Assembly: GCA_965217745.1 (NCBI GenBank) | Contig: OZ244565.1 | Coordinates: forward strand, 5,075,281 to 5,139,280 | Length of the DNA stretch: 64,000 bases | Direction of reading: 5' to 3' | Origin: Bryobacteraceae bacterium | GTDB lineage: Bacteria > Acidobacteriota > Terriglobia > Bryobacterales > Bryobacteraceae | Part shown: positions 1 to 10,749 of the stretch, piece after piece | Numbering within the stretch: the stretch's first letter is position 1 | How the letters are laid out: every line of letters starts with the position of its first letter | Made by a program: the position numbers and the translations under genes | The notes under the pieces: generated by a model | Databases searched by the model: none | What the model was told of the DNA's origin: nothing | What the model saw: only the letters and a program-made list of their open reading frames with translations

Positions 1-165
1 CGCCCTTCGGCGGCGTTCCTGGTCACCTCGATTTGTCTCTGCGTGTATCTTCCGCTGCTCGGTGTCTCCGCGCTCGGTGTCTTACTCCTCGAACGTTTTG
101 TTTTCCGTCGCATCGAACCGCTGCGATTGTGGCTGGGCCTTCCTCCCGCTGAGGTGCAGGCATGA
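1..165 (+). CDS. 3' end of an unidentified membrane protein gene (partial; start lies outside the window)
   Basis: Frame 1 is open from base 1 to a TGA at 163-165. The translated tail (..LVTSICLCVYLPLLGVSALGVLLLERFVF..) is hydrophobic. The stop overlaps the next start in an ATGA. Confidence 0.35.
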   Translation, partial: RPSAAFLVTSICLCVYLPLLGVSALGVLLLERFVFRRIEPLRLWLGLPPAEVQA

Positions 166-3100
166 CGAGTAAACGCTTGTGGTTGGCATTCGCGTGCATA
201 TTGGGCGCAAGCTCCACCTCCGCACAGCAGAGCACTGCCGCCATCTCGGGCGTAGTGACCGATGAGAGCGGCGCGCTAGTCCCGCACGCTGTGGTGAGCG
301 CCACCAGCAACGCAACCGGGACGCTTCGTGAAACCGAGTCTAACGGCGGCGGATTCTATTCGTTTCCGCAACTGGCGCCAGGCAGATACCAGCTGGCATG
401 GAAGCACGGCGGTTTCGACACTCTCGCGAAACCAGACATTCAGTTGACGGTCGGCGACTCGCTGCGCCTCGACGTCACGCTTGCGCTTAGCGGTGTTAGG
501 TCGACTTCGGTGGTTTCCGGCTTCGCCTCCGCGGTCGAGCTTGAAAGCGCTGCTCTATCCAGCACCATGGGCGAAAGGCCGATGCGCGAGCTGCCTCTGA
601 ACGGGCGCGATGTAATCCAGTTGGCGCTGCTCGAACCGGGCGTCGAGCCGTCCCGCCGTACGGCAGATTCGGCGGGAAATGGCACACAGCTCACCATCGC
701 GGGCCGCCGGCCCAACCAGATCAGTTTCCGGCTCGACGGAACAGACATCAATGACGCTAACAACAATACGCCGGGCAGCGTTTCGGGCACCTTGCTCGGC
801 GTCGATACCCTGCAGGAGTTCCGCGTTTACACAAACGGCTATGGCGCCGAGTTCGGACGCAGCGCTGGAGGCGTAGTGAGCGCCGTCACGCGCGCGGGCG
901 GCAATCAATTCCATGGTGCGTTGTTCGAGTTCTTGCGCAACAGTTCTCTTGATGCGAAAAACTACTTCGATTCAAAGACCGAGGCAATTCCGCCCTTCAA
1001 GCGCAATCAGTTTGGAGGCGTTGTCAGCGGACCAATTATTCACGATCGCACATTTTTCTTGTTCAGCTATGAGGGAGTTCGCCAGCGCCTGGGTATCACC
1101 AACACAGCGATTGTTCCCACGCTCGATGCTCGCAATGGCACGCTGCCGGGACAGGCTCCTATCGCCGTGCCGCAGCAGATCGGTCGCTATCTAAATCTTT
1201 TTCCAAGACCTAATGGCCGGATTTTTTCAGATGGCGCCGGGCAATTTATATCGCAAGCCTCAAATGCCACTGACGAAGACTTTATCGCCTTCCGGATTGA
1301 TCACAACTTTTCCGAGCGCACGTCGCTCTTCGCCCGCTATTGGAACGATGGAGCCTCAGTCAGTGTTCCCGACCGGCTGCGCCTTACGCAATCGGCGAAT
1401 CAATCGCGGAACCAGTACGCCACCATCCAGCTGAACCAAACGGTAAACGAAAGGTCGGTCAACTCTGCTCGAATCGCGTTTAACCGCTCGCGCAATGTGC
1501 AGGGGATCGATTACTTGCAAAACATCCCCTCAGATCTGTCATTTCTTCCGGGCGAGCCGCTGGGACAGATCAGCGTCACAGGGCTTACCGCGCTTGGTCC
1601 CAGCCGTTTTTATCCGTTATTCTCGGTGCAGAACCTTTTTGAAGGCGCCGACGATTTCTCGTTGGTTGCCGGCCGGCACGTGTTGAAAATCGGCGTAGAC
1701 CAGACCGCCATTCTGTTTCCGACCAGCCGCCCGCAATCGCTATACGGCTTTTATCAGTTCAACTCCATCGCCGATCTGCTGCGCGGCAATCCCTTCTCAG
1801 TCGAATTGGCCCTGCCCGGTTCAAAGCCGGTGCGCAACTGGCGTCAGACGATGACGGCAGCTTACATCGCCGATACGTGGCGTGCTGCGCCGCGGCTTAC
1901 CATCGACGCCGGTTTACGCTACGAGTACGTCAGTGTGCCTTCTGAACGCGACAATCTCATTGCAAACCTGGTCAATCCCCTGCGCGATTCCGCAGTAACG
2001 CCAGGAGTTCTTTACAAGAATCCGTCCGCGCTCAACCTGGCGCCGCGCTTCGGCGTGGCATGGGATCCATGGGGCGATGGGCGAACCAGCGTTCGCAGCG
2101 CTTTCGGCATCTACTTCGACCCGCTGTGGACAGATTTCTATGCCAACGCCGCTAACCGGACACCTCCGTATTACACCGTCGGCAGCGTCCGCAATCCGGT
2201 GTTCCCTAACGCACAAGCTGTTTCTGGAAATCCGAACTTCGTGTTGGGCCGGCTTGACGTTGTGGCATTTCAGCCAGCGAGTCCCTATTCGATGCAGTAC
2301 AACTTTTCTCTGCAGCGCGAAGTCACGCACGCAGTAACCGTCACGCTCGCGTATTCGGGCGTTCGCGGCGTGCATAACGTTCGCGCCATCGACGCCAACC
2401 AGGCCATTCCACAGATCCTTCCAAACGGTAGGAAGTTTTTCCCGGTCAACTCAGTAGTTCGAAACCCGGCGTTTACTGGCATTCGTTTCAAGGCGACCGA
2501 CGGGCAATCCATCTATAATGCCGCGCAGGTAATTGTCTCGTGGCGTCCGCGAGACTCAATTCAATTGCGCGCCGCTTATACGTATTCAAAAGCCATTGAC
2601 GACGGATCCATTGTTACAACGCAAGGCGGAGACAACGATCTGCCGCAGGATCCGGACAGCCGTAAAGCGGAGCGCGGACTTTCCAATTTCGATCTGCGTC
2701 ATTACTTCGTCACCTACGTCAGCGCGGCCGTCCCTTATTGGGGAGGACCAAGATGGCTTACCGGCGGTTGGGAGATAGATGCGATTTCGATTCTTGCCTC
2801 GGGGAATCCGTTTTCCGCCACTGTGGGCTACGATCGAGCGCGTGCTCGCCCGCAGGCGGGTACTGCACCAGAGCGGCCGAATTTGCTGCCAGGCTACTCT
2901 AACAATCCCATCCTGGGTTCTCCCTCGCGCTATTTCGACCCGAATGCGTTTGCGTTGCCCGATGCCGGTTTTTTCGGCAATCTGGGGCGCAACACGCTAA
3001 TCGGACCGGGCTTGATAAGTCTCGACACCTCCATTCATCGCACCTTCCGCTTACGCGAGCAGCTTGCGTTGCAATTTCGTGCCGAGATGTTTAATTCGCT

Positions 3101-3236
3101 GAACCATCCCAATTTCGCTATACCGGGCCAACGAACCGTGTTCTCAAGCACAGGGCCCGTGGCCAGCGCGGGACTGATCACCTCAACGCTCACCTCTGCG
3201 CGACAGTTGCAATTTGGATTGCGGCTGAGTTTCTAA
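162..3236 (+). CDS. TonB-dependent receptor-like outer membrane protein with an N-terminal carboxypeptidase-regulatory-like (CarboxypepD_reg) domain
   Basis: 1024-aa ORF with signal peptide MTSKRLWLAFACILGASSTSAQQ. ISGVVTDESGALVPHAVVSATSNATG is typical of CarboxypepD_reg. A plug-like region (LNGRDVIQLALLEPGV) follows, then a long beta-barrel-like body ending in an aromatic ...QFGLRLSF. Confidence 0.85.
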   Translation: MTSKRLWLAFACILGASSTSAQQSTAAISGVVTDESGALVPHAVVSATSNATGTLRETESNGGGFYSFPQLAPGRYQLAWKHGGFDTLAKPDIQLTVGDSLRLDVTLALSGVRSTSVVSGFASAVELESAALSSTMGERPMRELPLNGRDVIQLALLEPGVEPSRRTADSAGNGTQLTIAGRRPNQISFRLDGTDINDANNNTPGSVSGTLLGVDTLQEFRVYTNGYGAEFGRSAGGVVSAVTRAGGNQFHGALFEFLRNSSLDAKNYFDSKTEAIPPFKRNQFGGVVSGPIIHDRTFFLFSYEGVRQRLGITNTAIVPTLDARNGTLPGQAPIAVPQQIGRYLNLFPRPNGRIFSDGAGQFISQASNATDEDFIAFRIDHNFSERTSLFARYWNDGASVSVPDRLRLTQSANQSRNQYATIQLNQTVNERSVNSARIAFNRSRNVQGIDYLQNIPSDLSFLPGEPLGQISVTGLTALGPSRFYPLFSVQNLFEGADDFSLVAGRHVLKIGVDQTAILFPTSRPQSLYGFYQFNSIADLLRGNPFSVELALPGSKPVRNWRQTMTAAYIADTWRAAPRLTIDAGLRYEYVSVPSERDNLIANLVNPLRDSAVTPGVLYKNPSALNLAPRFGVAWDPWGDGRTSVRSAFGIYFDPLWTDFYANAANRTPPYYTVGSVRNPVFPNAQAVSGNPNFVLGRLDVVAFQPASPYSMQYNFSLQREVTHAVTVTLAYSGVRGVHNVRAIDANQAIPQILPNGRKFFPVNSVVRNPAFTGIRFKATDGQSIYNAAQVIVSWRPRDSIQLRAAYTYSKAIDDGSIVTTQGGDNDLPQDPDSRKAERGLSNFDLRHYFVTYVSAAVPYWGGPRWLTGGWEIDAISILASGNPFSATVGYDRARARPQAGTAPERPNLLPGYSNNPILGSPSRYFDPNAFALPDAGFFGNLGRNTLIGPGLISLDTSIHRTFRLREQLALQFRAEMFNSLNHPNFAIPGQRTVFSSTGPVASAGLITSTLTSARQLQFGLRLSF

Positions 3237-3318
3237 AGGAACGCTGCACTTTCGCAGCGGGGCGGATGTGGAGGGAGAATCGGGTGTGTCCGGCCCTCCT
3301 GAGTTTTAACCTGTCTAC

Positions 3319-4224
3319 TCAGAGCGCAATGCCACTCTGCTTCGCGACGCTCTGGATATAGGTACGGCCCTCTTCGTATTCTTCGGCGGTCTTAAGATGT
3401 TCCAGCATCAAGGGAGTCTCGGCATGCAAACCAGCGATGGCGCGAAGATAGGCTGCGTAATCAATGCCGCCCCGCCCCGGAATGGTTTCCGCCAGATGAG
3501 CGGCGCGCGGACCGACGTCTTTGGCGTGGCAGGAAAGAACAAAGGGGCCGAGTTTTGTGAAGATCCCGGCGGTAATTGCAGCGTTCGAATAGTAGCGTTG
3601 CGGACTGTCGATTGCGTTGCAGACATCCACGTGCGCGCCGAACGGCTTGCGGTCTACGGCCTTAATCAGCTGCAGATAGCTGTCTGCCGTGTTGGGCAAA
3701 CTCCAACCCATCATCTCGATACTGAATTTTGTGCGTGTGGGCTTCACGTGATCGATCAGATAGCGGCAGTTCTCCACCGTTGCATTCAAGTAAGCGGTTG
3801 TCAGGTTCTTAGGATCAGGGCCATCCCATAACTTGGGATTGTATGAACCGCCGATGTTCACACAGCAGCGCGCTTCTATTTCGTCGGCGAGCGCCAAACG
3901 CTCGAGGACGTACTCCATGTTCTTCTTGCGCTTAGCTGTGTCCGGGTCGAGCATGTTGACCCACGCTCCCACTTCGGCAATCACAATGTCTTCGGCTGCA
4001 AAGGCTTTTTTCGCTGCCGCAATCGACGCGGTGTCTCCAGCCTTCAGATTCGGAGGGCAGTAAGCCGCGCTGTAGCCCAGGCGCTTATGTTCACGTGCCT
4101 GTTCCATCGGATCCGAGGTTTTTAGAAAGATGGGACCGCCCAGTCGCACGCCGCGCCCGGAAGAGGCAGCGGAGGCTATGGCGGGCATAGCTATTAGGCT
4201 TTTCAAGGCATCTCGACGTCGCAT
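3319..4224 (-). CDS. Sugar phosphate isomerase/epimerase (xylose isomerase-like TIM barrel), Tat-exported
   Basis: 301 aa with a twin-arginine leader MRRRDALKSLIAMPAIASAAS. Motifs HVDVCN, SCHAKDV and GRGGIDYAAYLRAI..MLEHL are typical of the AP_endonuc_2/XylA-like TIM family. Confidence 0.8.
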   Translation of the reverse strand: MRRRDALKSLIAMPAIASAASSGRGVRLGGPIFLKTSDPMEQAREHKRLGYSAAYCPPNLKAGDTASIAAAKKAFAAEDIVIAEVGAWVNMLDPDTAKRKKNMEYVLERLALADEIEARCCVNIGGSYNPKLWDGPDPKNLTTAYLNATVENCRYLIDHVKPTRTKFSIEMMGWSLPNTADSYLQLIKAVDRKPFGAHVDVCNAIDSPQRYYSNAAITAGIFTKLGPFVLSCHAKDVGPRAAHLAETIPGRGGIDYAAYLRAIAGLHAETPLMLEHLKTAEEYEEGRTYIQSVAKQSGIAL

Positions 4225-4255
4225 GGCAGCCTCTACTTTGTCATAATTCGTCGCA

Positions 4256-5014
4256 GTGAAACAACTCGACGAACAGGGATACGTGCTGATCGAAAACGTA
4301 CTGGATCGCGCCGCGCTTCAAGAGGTGCGCGACCGGGTCGAAGAACTCTACGAAAGTGAAGGCGAGAACGCAGGTGCGGAGTTCCGGAAGGAAGCAGGAG
4401 CACGCCGGTTAGCCAACCTGGTCGACAAAGGTTCCATCTTCGAGCGCCTGGTGGCAAACGAGACGATCTTGAAGCTTGTCGCTCACGTAGTGGGACCGGA
4501 ATTCAAGCTCAGCAGCTTCAATGCCCGGTCCGCCAATCCGTTTTCAACAGAAGCGCAGCCGCTGCACTGCGATGCTGCCGCAGTGCCGGACGAGGCCGGT
4601 TTTTGGGTGTGCAACACGATCTGGCTGCTGGACGATTTTACACGAGAGAACGGCGCGACGCGAGTGATTCCCGGCTCGCAGAGATGGCGTCAACTGCCTC
4701 AAGATGTGCTGCCCGACCCGGTTGCACCGCATCCCGAAGAAATGCTGGTGCTGGGTCCGGCCGGAAGTGTCGTGGTGATGAACACGCACGCCTGGCATGG
4801 CGGAACGGCGAATCGAACCGCGTCCCACCGGCGCGCGCTGCACGCCTTCTACTGCCGGAATGACAAACCCCAGCAGCAGTATCAGAAGCGGATGCTCAGG
4901 CCGGAGACGCAAGCGCATCTCTCTCTACAAATGCGCGCACTTTTGGCTCTGGACGATCCGCTAAACGATGAACTGAGCGCCGGGGAGCAAAAGGCCAGCG
5001 GCTTTCTGAAGTGA
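4256..5014 (+). CDS. Phytanoyl-CoA dioxygenase (PhyH) family Fe(II)/2-oxoglutarate oxygenase
   Basis: 252 aa with a GTG start. Contains PLHCDAA (HxD), WLLDDFTRENGATRVIPGSQRW and THAWHGGTANRT, matching the PhyH facial-triad pattern. Confidence 0.75.
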   Translation: MKQLDEQGYVLIENVLDRAALQEVRDRVEELYESEGENAGAEFRKEAGARRLANLVDKGSIFERLVANETILKLVAHVVGPEFKLSSFNARSANPFSTEAQPLHCDAAAVPDEAGFWVCNTIWLLDDFTRENGATRVIPGSQRWRQLPQDVLPDPVAPHPEEMLVLGPAGSVVVMNTHAWHGGTANRTASHRRALHAFYCRNDKPQQQYQKRMLRPETQAHLSLQMRALLALDDPLNDELSAGEQKASGFLK

Positions 5015-5115
5015 ATGCTCCATCACCCTAAGGCGATGGCTTCCGGTACTTCGTTGTCCACACTAGAAGCAAATGGATCTCAAACACCGAGTGCGCGCCG
5101 CTTCAACCCTCCCAG

Positions 5116-6669
5116 ATGGCGACCGTAAACGCTCGAAGCGAAGCGCCCTCTACAATTGGTTTATTGTCACTAGAAGATGATTTATTGCGCCAGCGTCACG
5201 ACCGGTTGGCGCAGCTTCGCGAGCTTGGCGTCGACCCCTACGGCCAGGCGTTCGAGTTCACCCACACTATTCCGGCAATCGTCAGCGAGTTTGGGAATAA
5301 GGCCGCTGAAGAACTGGGCGAAGCGGTGCGGGTGCGCATTGCGGGGCGGGTGCAATCCATCCGTCGCATGGGCAAGAAAGCAGGCTTCGTAAATCTTCAG
5401 CAAGACGGCGAGAAGCTGCAGATCTATATCCGGCAGGATGCCACAGACGAGAAGAGTTTTGCGCTCTTCGAAGGCCTGGACGTGGGCGACATTGTCGGCT
5501 CCGATGGCTATCTGTTCCGTACCAAGACCGGCGAATTAAGTGTTAACGTCGAGAAGCTTACCTTTCTCTCGAAGATCTTGCTTACTCTGCCCGAGAAATG
5601 GCATGGCCTTGAAGACATCGAACTCCGATACCGGCAGCGGTATGTCGACCTAATCGCGAATCCGGAAGTGCGGCCGGTGTTCGTGACTCGATCGAAGATC
5701 ATCCGGTCAATCCGCCGGCAGCTGGACGGCGAGGGATTTCTGGAAGTGGAAACCCCGATGATGCAGACGATTTATGGCGGAGCGGCTGCGCGCCCTTTCG
5801 TGACGCATCACAACACGCTCGACCTGGATCTCTATCTGCGCATTGCACCCGAGCTGTATCTGAAGCGGCTGGTGGTTGGGGGCATCGAGCGGGTCTATGA
5901 GATCAATCGCAACTTCCGCAACGAAGGCATCTCGGTCCGCCACAATCCTGAATTCACCATGCTCGAGTTCTATCAGGCTTACACGGATTACAAGGGCATG
6001 ATGGAGTTGACTAAACGCCTGCTGCGCCAGTTGGCGATCGATGCTACGGAATCGGAGAAGGTCACGTATGGCGAGCACCAAATTGACTTCGGGACTTTCC
6101 ACGCATACTCCATGCGCGAAGCGGTGATCGAGTTCTGGCCGGAGACGGAGAAGCCGTCCATGGAGCAGGTCAGCGATCCGCAGTGGCTGCTGGCGCATTC
6201 ACATAGCCAGACGCCAGGCAACGCCTTGATGGAGCTGTTCGAAGAACATGCCGAAGAGCATCTGATTCAGCCGACCTTCATCTACGACTTTCCGGCGGAG
6301 GTCTCCCCGCTGGCAAAGAACAAGCCGGATGATCCGGAATTCGTGGAACGCTTCGAGCTTTACATTGGCGGGATGGAGCTGGCGAATGCATTTACTGAGC
6401 TCAACGATCCGCAGGAACAACGCCGCCGCTTCGAAGGGCAGCTGGCGCGCAAGGCCGGGGGCGACGAGGAAGCGCACCTGATGGACGAGGATTATGTTCG
6501 CGCCCTCAGCTATGGAATGCCGCCGGCGGGAGGCGAGGGTATCGGAATCGATCGCCTGACCATGATTCTAACCAACTCCCGGTCGCTGCGCGACGTGATC
6601 TTTTTCCCACTGCTGCGGCCGGAAACCAATATCGGGCTGGTGGCGCGGCTGCGTGAGCTGGACACTTAG
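5116..6669 (+). CDS. lysS: Lysine--tRNA ligase, class II
   Basis: 517 aa with an N-terminal OB-fold region. Class II motifs are present: [36 protein letters not shown] and GEGIGIDRL. Confidence 0.97.
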   Translation: MATVNARSEAPSTIGLLSLEDDLLRQRHDRLAQLRELGVDPYGQAFEFTHTIPAIVSEFGNKAAEELGEAVRVRIAGRVQSIRRMGKKAGFVNLQQDGEKLQIYIRQDATDEKSFALFEGLDVGDIVGSDGYLFRTKTGELSVNVEKLTFLSKILLTLPEKWHGLEDIELRYRQRYVDLIANPEVRPVFVTRSKIIRSIRRQLDGEGFLEVETPMMQTIYGGAAARPFVTHHNTLDLDLYLRIAPELYLKRLVVGGIERVYEINRNFRNEGISVRHNPEFTMLEFYQAYTDYKGMMELTKRLLRQLAIDATESEKVTYGEHQIDFGTFHAYSMREAVIEFWPETEKPSMEQVSDPQWLLAHSHSQTPGNALMELFEEHAEEHLIQPTFIYDFPAEVSPLAKNKPDDPEFVERFELYIGGMELANAFTELNDPQEQRRRFEGQLARKAGGDEEAHLMDEDYVRALSYGMPPAGGEGIGIDRLTMILTNSRSLRDVIFFPLLRPETNIGLVARLRELDT

Positions 6670-6680
6670 CCTGCGGCAAA

Positions 6681-7913
6681 ATGTCCCGATTCGAATGGCT
6701 GGTTGCGCTTCGTTATCTCAGAGCGAAACGCAAGCAGACCGTCATTTCCGTCATCACCGTGATCTCGGTTCTGGGCGTCGCGGCCGGCGTCGCGGCTCTG
6801 ATTCTGGCTCTCGCTATCAATAACGGCTTTCAAAACGCCCTGCAGAGCAGCCTACTCAGCGCCACGGCCCATGTGAACGTTTTGGAACGGAACCCGGCCT
6901 ATGGAATCGAACACTGGCAGCAGGTAATCGCGAGTATCCGGAAAGTTCCGCACGTGGTTTCCGCGAGTCCGGGCTTGTACGGGCAGGTGGCGATTAAAGG
7001 GCCGCTGGTGGGGTCGGGCGCGGTGCTGAAAGGAGTCTCTATCGGCGGCAAATACCCGGTTCCGGAACTGCTGCGCCGGATGAAGGATGGCTCGATTCAG
7101 GGTTTATTGCGGGGCGTGCACGGATCGGGGATTATCCTGGGCGCGGGTTTGGCGAAAGACCTGGGAGTGCATACCGGAAATATGGTTTCGGTGTTCAGCT
7201 ATCAGGGCCGATTGACGCCGATGGGAGTGGTGCCGAGCTTGTTCAAGTTCCGGGTCGCCGGGACTTTCGAATCAGGTCTCTATGAACTGGATTCTTCCTG
7301 GGCCTTCGTCTCGCTACCGGCAGCGCAGCGGGTGCTAGACCTAAGCGATGTAGTGAACACGATCGAGCTGCGGCTGGACAACATCTTTAAAGCCCCGGAG
7401 GTTGCCCGGGCGGTGGAGAAAATCACCGGACCGGCTTTGATTGCGAGTACCTGGATGGATCAGAACCGGGCACTTTTGAATGCTCTTACTCTTGAAAAGA
7501 CCGTCAGTATTATTACGGTGAGCCTGATTGAAATTGTTGCTTCCCTGAACATACTAGTTGTTCTGGTGATGTTGGTGATGGAGAAGCAGCGCGATATTGC
7601 CATCTTGCGCTCCATGGGCTGCAGGCCAGGCCAGATCCAGCGGATTTTCGTGCTCCAGGGCCTGATTATCGGGATTCTCGGCTGCGTGATCGGCCTCACT
7701 GTGGGTTATACGGTAGCGGTTTTGGGCCAGCATTATCATCCCTTCCGGCTTGACGACCAAATCTACGCCATCAGCTATGTGCCGTTCGAGGTTCACTGGA
7801 CTGACGGGATTTGGGTTTCGGCACTGGCATTATTCACCAGCTTCATCGCCACCTTGCAGCCCAGTTGGACAGCGGCGCGGATTGCCCCGGCAGAAGCGTT
7901 GCGATACGAGTAG
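6681..7913 (+). CDS. Lipoprotein-releasing system permease, LolC/LolE family (FtsX/MacB-type)
   Basis: 410 aa. The N terminus MSRFEWLVALRYLRAKRKQTVISVITVISVLGVAAGV is characteristic. It has a large periplasmic loop and a C-terminal FtsX 3-TM module ending ..PAEALRYE. Confidence 0.85.
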   Translation: MSRFEWLVALRYLRAKRKQTVISVITVISVLGVAAGVAALILALAINNGFQNALQSSLLSATAHVNVLERNPAYGIEHWQQVIASIRKVPHVVSASPGLYGQVAIKGPLVGSGAVLKGVSIGGKYPVPELLRRMKDGSIQGLLRGVHGSGIILGAGLAKDLGVHTGNMVSVFSYQGRLTPMGVVPSLFKFRVAGTFESGLYELDSSWAFVSLPAAQRVLDLSDVVNTIELRLDNIFKAPEVARAVEKITGPALIASTWMDQNRALLNALTLEKTVSIITVSLIEIVASLNILVVLVMLVMEKQRDIAILRSMGCRPGQIQRIFVLQGLIIGILGCVIGLTVGYTVAVLGQHYHPFRLDDQIYAISYVPFEVHWTDGIWVSALALFTSFIATLQPSWTAARIAPAEALRYE

Positions 7914-7956
7914 TAGTTTTCGGTACAGAACCGCCAGCAAACTGCATCTATAAGCT

Positions 7957-10740
7957 ATGCGACGTCTCCTAATTGGAATCGGCATTGCCGTAGTGGTCAT
8001 TATCGTAGGTTTGGTTTTGGCCGTATCTCTTATTAATGTCAACAAGTACCGGCCGCAAATCCAAGCTCAGGTGGAAAAGGCCATTCACCGGAACGTGACG
8101 CTGGGCAAAATGAGCTTGTCGTTCTTTCCGCTGGGCGCAAAAATCGATAAGCTTACGATCAGCGAAGACCCGAACTTCGTCTCTAACCGGCCTTTTGCGA
8201 CGGCCAACGACGTCTCCGCAGGTGTCGGCTTTTTCTCTTTATTGAAAGGGTCCCCGGAAGTCAGGACAATTCACCTGAAGAATCCTCAAGTCGAGCTGAT
8301 CCGTAATGCTCAAGGCAAGTGGAACTTCGCGACCATGGTACCGGAGAAGAAGGACAACTCCAAGACAAACGTGACCATCAGCAATGTGGAGATCGAGGAC
8401 GGTCAAGTCGCCTATACCGACGCCGTCAGAGACATTCCGCGGACAGTCTACGATCACATCGACATGGACCTGAGCGGCACTTCCGCTACGAAACCGTTCG
8501 ACGTAAATGTAAGCGCCCATCTACCAGGGCCTGGAAAACAGCTACTCTCTCTGAAGAGCCAAGTTGGCCCGCTGCCGCAGGACGGTTCGTATGCCGCGAC
8601 TCCGGTGGACGGGAAGGTGTCGTTAGAGGAAGTAACGCTAGCAGGATTCAATAAGTTCGCGTCAGGAGCGCTGCCGCCCAAGACGGACGGCACTGTTTCC
8701 GGGGAAGTCGATCTCAAGTCGAGCAACGAAACCCTGGCGGCAGACGGGCATCTGAAGCTAGTCGATACGACAATTAAGGGCTCGAAAATTGAGTATCCGA
8801 TTGAGACCACCTTTAATGTGAGCGATAACCGGAAGACCGATCGCATCGACATCAAGTCCGCCGATCTGAAGCTGGGGTCTACCCCGTTCTCGATGTCAGG
8901 GACGATCGACAGCTCGCAAAAGCCGGCGATCCTGGACGTGAAGCTTAGCACTAAGAATGCTTCGATAACCGATCTTGCGAAGCTCGCCGGTTCGTTCGGA
9001 GTAGCCTTCAATCCTTCCTACCAGGCGAAGGGCCAAATTACGGCCGACATCACGGCGAAAGGGCCTTCTACAAAACCGCAACTGGCGGGCAAAATTGAAG
9101 GCCGCGACGTGTCGGTTTCGGGAGGCGAGATCAAGCAACCGGTGCAAGTCGCTTCCATCGATCTGGACCTGACGCCGGATTCGATTACGACAAGTCCGTT
9201 CACCGCAGTGTCCGGCTCGACAAAAGTGGATGCGAAAGCCAAGGTCACGAATTACACCAGCAAGGTTATGAACGTCGACGGATCCCTGAAGACGCAAAAC
9301 GCGGATATCGCAGAGTTGGTGAACATGGCAAAGGCGTATGGCGTGGACGCAGCCAACGGGATGAGCGGGTCAGGTAAGTTGTCGCTGGATGTACAGGTAC
9401 AAGGTCCGACCAACAAGCTGAACTACGCGGGCAATGGATCGATTTCCGGGGCGACCGTGAATGCGCCTGCCGTGCTGACCAAGCCGGTCTCAGTGTCGTC
9501 AGCCAATCTGAAGTTCGCCCAAAACTCGGCCTCCGTCAGCGATCTTGCGATGTCGGTGGGCAGCACTTCCATGAAGGGCAACTTGAGCGCCAAGAACTTT
9601 ACGGCTCCCGACGTGACGTTCCAACTGGCAGCCGACAAGATTAACAGCGCGGAACTGCAACAACTAACGGCTGTTCCCAAGAAAGAAGACTCGACGCCAG
9701 CGGCTGCTAAGGACAAGGAACCATCACTGTTGACCAAGACTACCGGCGGCGGAAGTCTCAGCGCGGGCACAATTGTGGCGAACGACTTTACGCTTACCAA
9801 CGTTAAGACAAATGTAAAGCTGAACAAAGGGCTGATCACCCTCTCCCCCTTGACCGCCGATATCTATGGCGGTAAGGAAGCTGGAACAATAACGCTGGAC
9901 ACGCGTCCAGCCAACGCGCAGGTGGCCGTGAAGGCAAAGCTGAACGGGGTAGATTCCAATGCTCTGCTGAGCGCTGTCAGCGCGGCGAAAGACACCTTGT
10001 ACGGAAGCCTAGGCGCTACATCAGATGTAAGTTTTGCGCTGCTTCCCGGCAACGAACTTCCGAACACCTTGAACGGAACGATGAGCTTTAACGTTGCCAA
10101 TGGCGAGTTGAAGCACGTGAACGTGATGAACGAGATTTCGAAGATTGCCAAGTTCTTGAACCCGGGGCAGGCGAACACTTCGGGTAACGACACCAAGCTG
10201 ACCAAACTCTCGGGCAGCATGGATATTAAAGATGGCGCGGCGCATACCGATGATCTAGTCGCCGCTATTGACGCCGGTTCGGTTTCCGCGAAAGGGATTA
10301 TTAACCTGGCGACGCAAGCCTTGAATTTGGATGCGACCGCGGTTCTAAAAAGCGGCCTGACAAAGTCAGTGGGCGGAACAAACGTGGGAGGATTTTTAAA
10401 TACTGCGCTGGCCAACAACCAAGGCGAGTTGGTGGTACCCGTTAAGATTGGCGGCACGCTTCAGAAGCCTTCCTTCGCACCTGATGCTGCAGCCATGGCG
10501 CAGATGAAAGTTAAGAATCTGCTTCCTTCGGTTAGTAATCCGACTTCGGGTGTTGTCGGTTCGATCCTCGAAAACAAGGGGGGCGGAGGCGGTGCGGTGA
10601 AGTCAATTCTGGGCGGTCTTGCTGGTGGTGATAAGAAGGCAGACGAAAATGGTAAACAGCAACAGCAGCAGGAAGAGAAGCCGAAGCCCGAAGACGCCAT
10701 CAAGGGAATCCTCAAAGGCTTTGGCAAGAAGAAACAGTAG
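7957..10740 (+). CDS. AsmA family protein (large periplasm-spanning, single N-terminal TM)
   Basis: 927 aa. An N-terminal TM (LLIGIGIAVVVIIVGLVLAV) is followed by NVNKYRPQIQAQVEKA..VTLGKMSLSFFPLG, typical of AsmA. The body is long, repetitive and beta-rich, with a Gly/Lys/Gln-rich tail. Confidence 0.8.
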   Translation: MRRLLIGIGIAVVVIIVGLVLAVSLINVNKYRPQIQAQVEKAIHRNVTLGKMSLSFFPLGAKIDKLTISEDPNFVSNRPFATANDVSAGVGFFSLLKGSPEVRTIHLKNPQVELIRNAQGKWNFATMVPEKKDNSKTNVTISNVEIEDGQVAYTDAVRDIPRTVYDHIDMDLSGTSATKPFDVNVSAHLPGPGKQLLSLKSQVGPLPQDGSYAATPVDGKVSLEEVTLAGFNKFASGALPPKTDGTVSGEVDLKSSNETLAADGHLKLVDTTIKGSKIEYPIETTFNVSDNRKTDRIDIKSADLKLGSTPFSMSGTIDSSQKPAILDVKLSTKNASITDLAKLAGSFGVAFNPSYQAKGQITADITAKGPSTKPQLAGKIEGRDVSVSGGEIKQPVQVASIDLDLTPDSITTSPFTAVSGSTKVDAKAKVTNYTSKVMNVDGSLKTQNADIAELVNMAKAYGVDAANGMSGSGKLSLDVQVQGPTNKLNYAGNGSISGATVNAPAVLTKPVSVSSANLKFAQNSASVSDLAMSVGSTSMKGNLSAKNFTAPDVTFQLAADKINSAELQQLTAVPKKEDSTPAAAKDKEPSLLTKTTGGGSLSAGTIVANDFTLTNVKTNVKLNKGLITLSPLTADIYGGKEAGTITLDTRPANAQVAVKAKLNGVDSNALLSAVSAAKDTLYGSLGATSDVSFALLPGNELPNTLNGTMSFNVANGELKHVNVMNEISKIAKFLNPGQANTSGNDTKLTKLSGSMDIKDGAAHTDDLVAAIDAGSVSAKGIINLATQALNLDATAVLKSGLTKSVGGTNVGGFLNTALANNQGELVVPVKIGGTLQKPSFAPDAAAMAQMKVKNLLPSVSNPTSGVVGSILENKGGGGGAVKSILGGLAGGDKKADENGKQQQQQEEKPKPEDAIKGILKGFGKKKQ

Positions 10741-10749
10741 AGCTAGGGG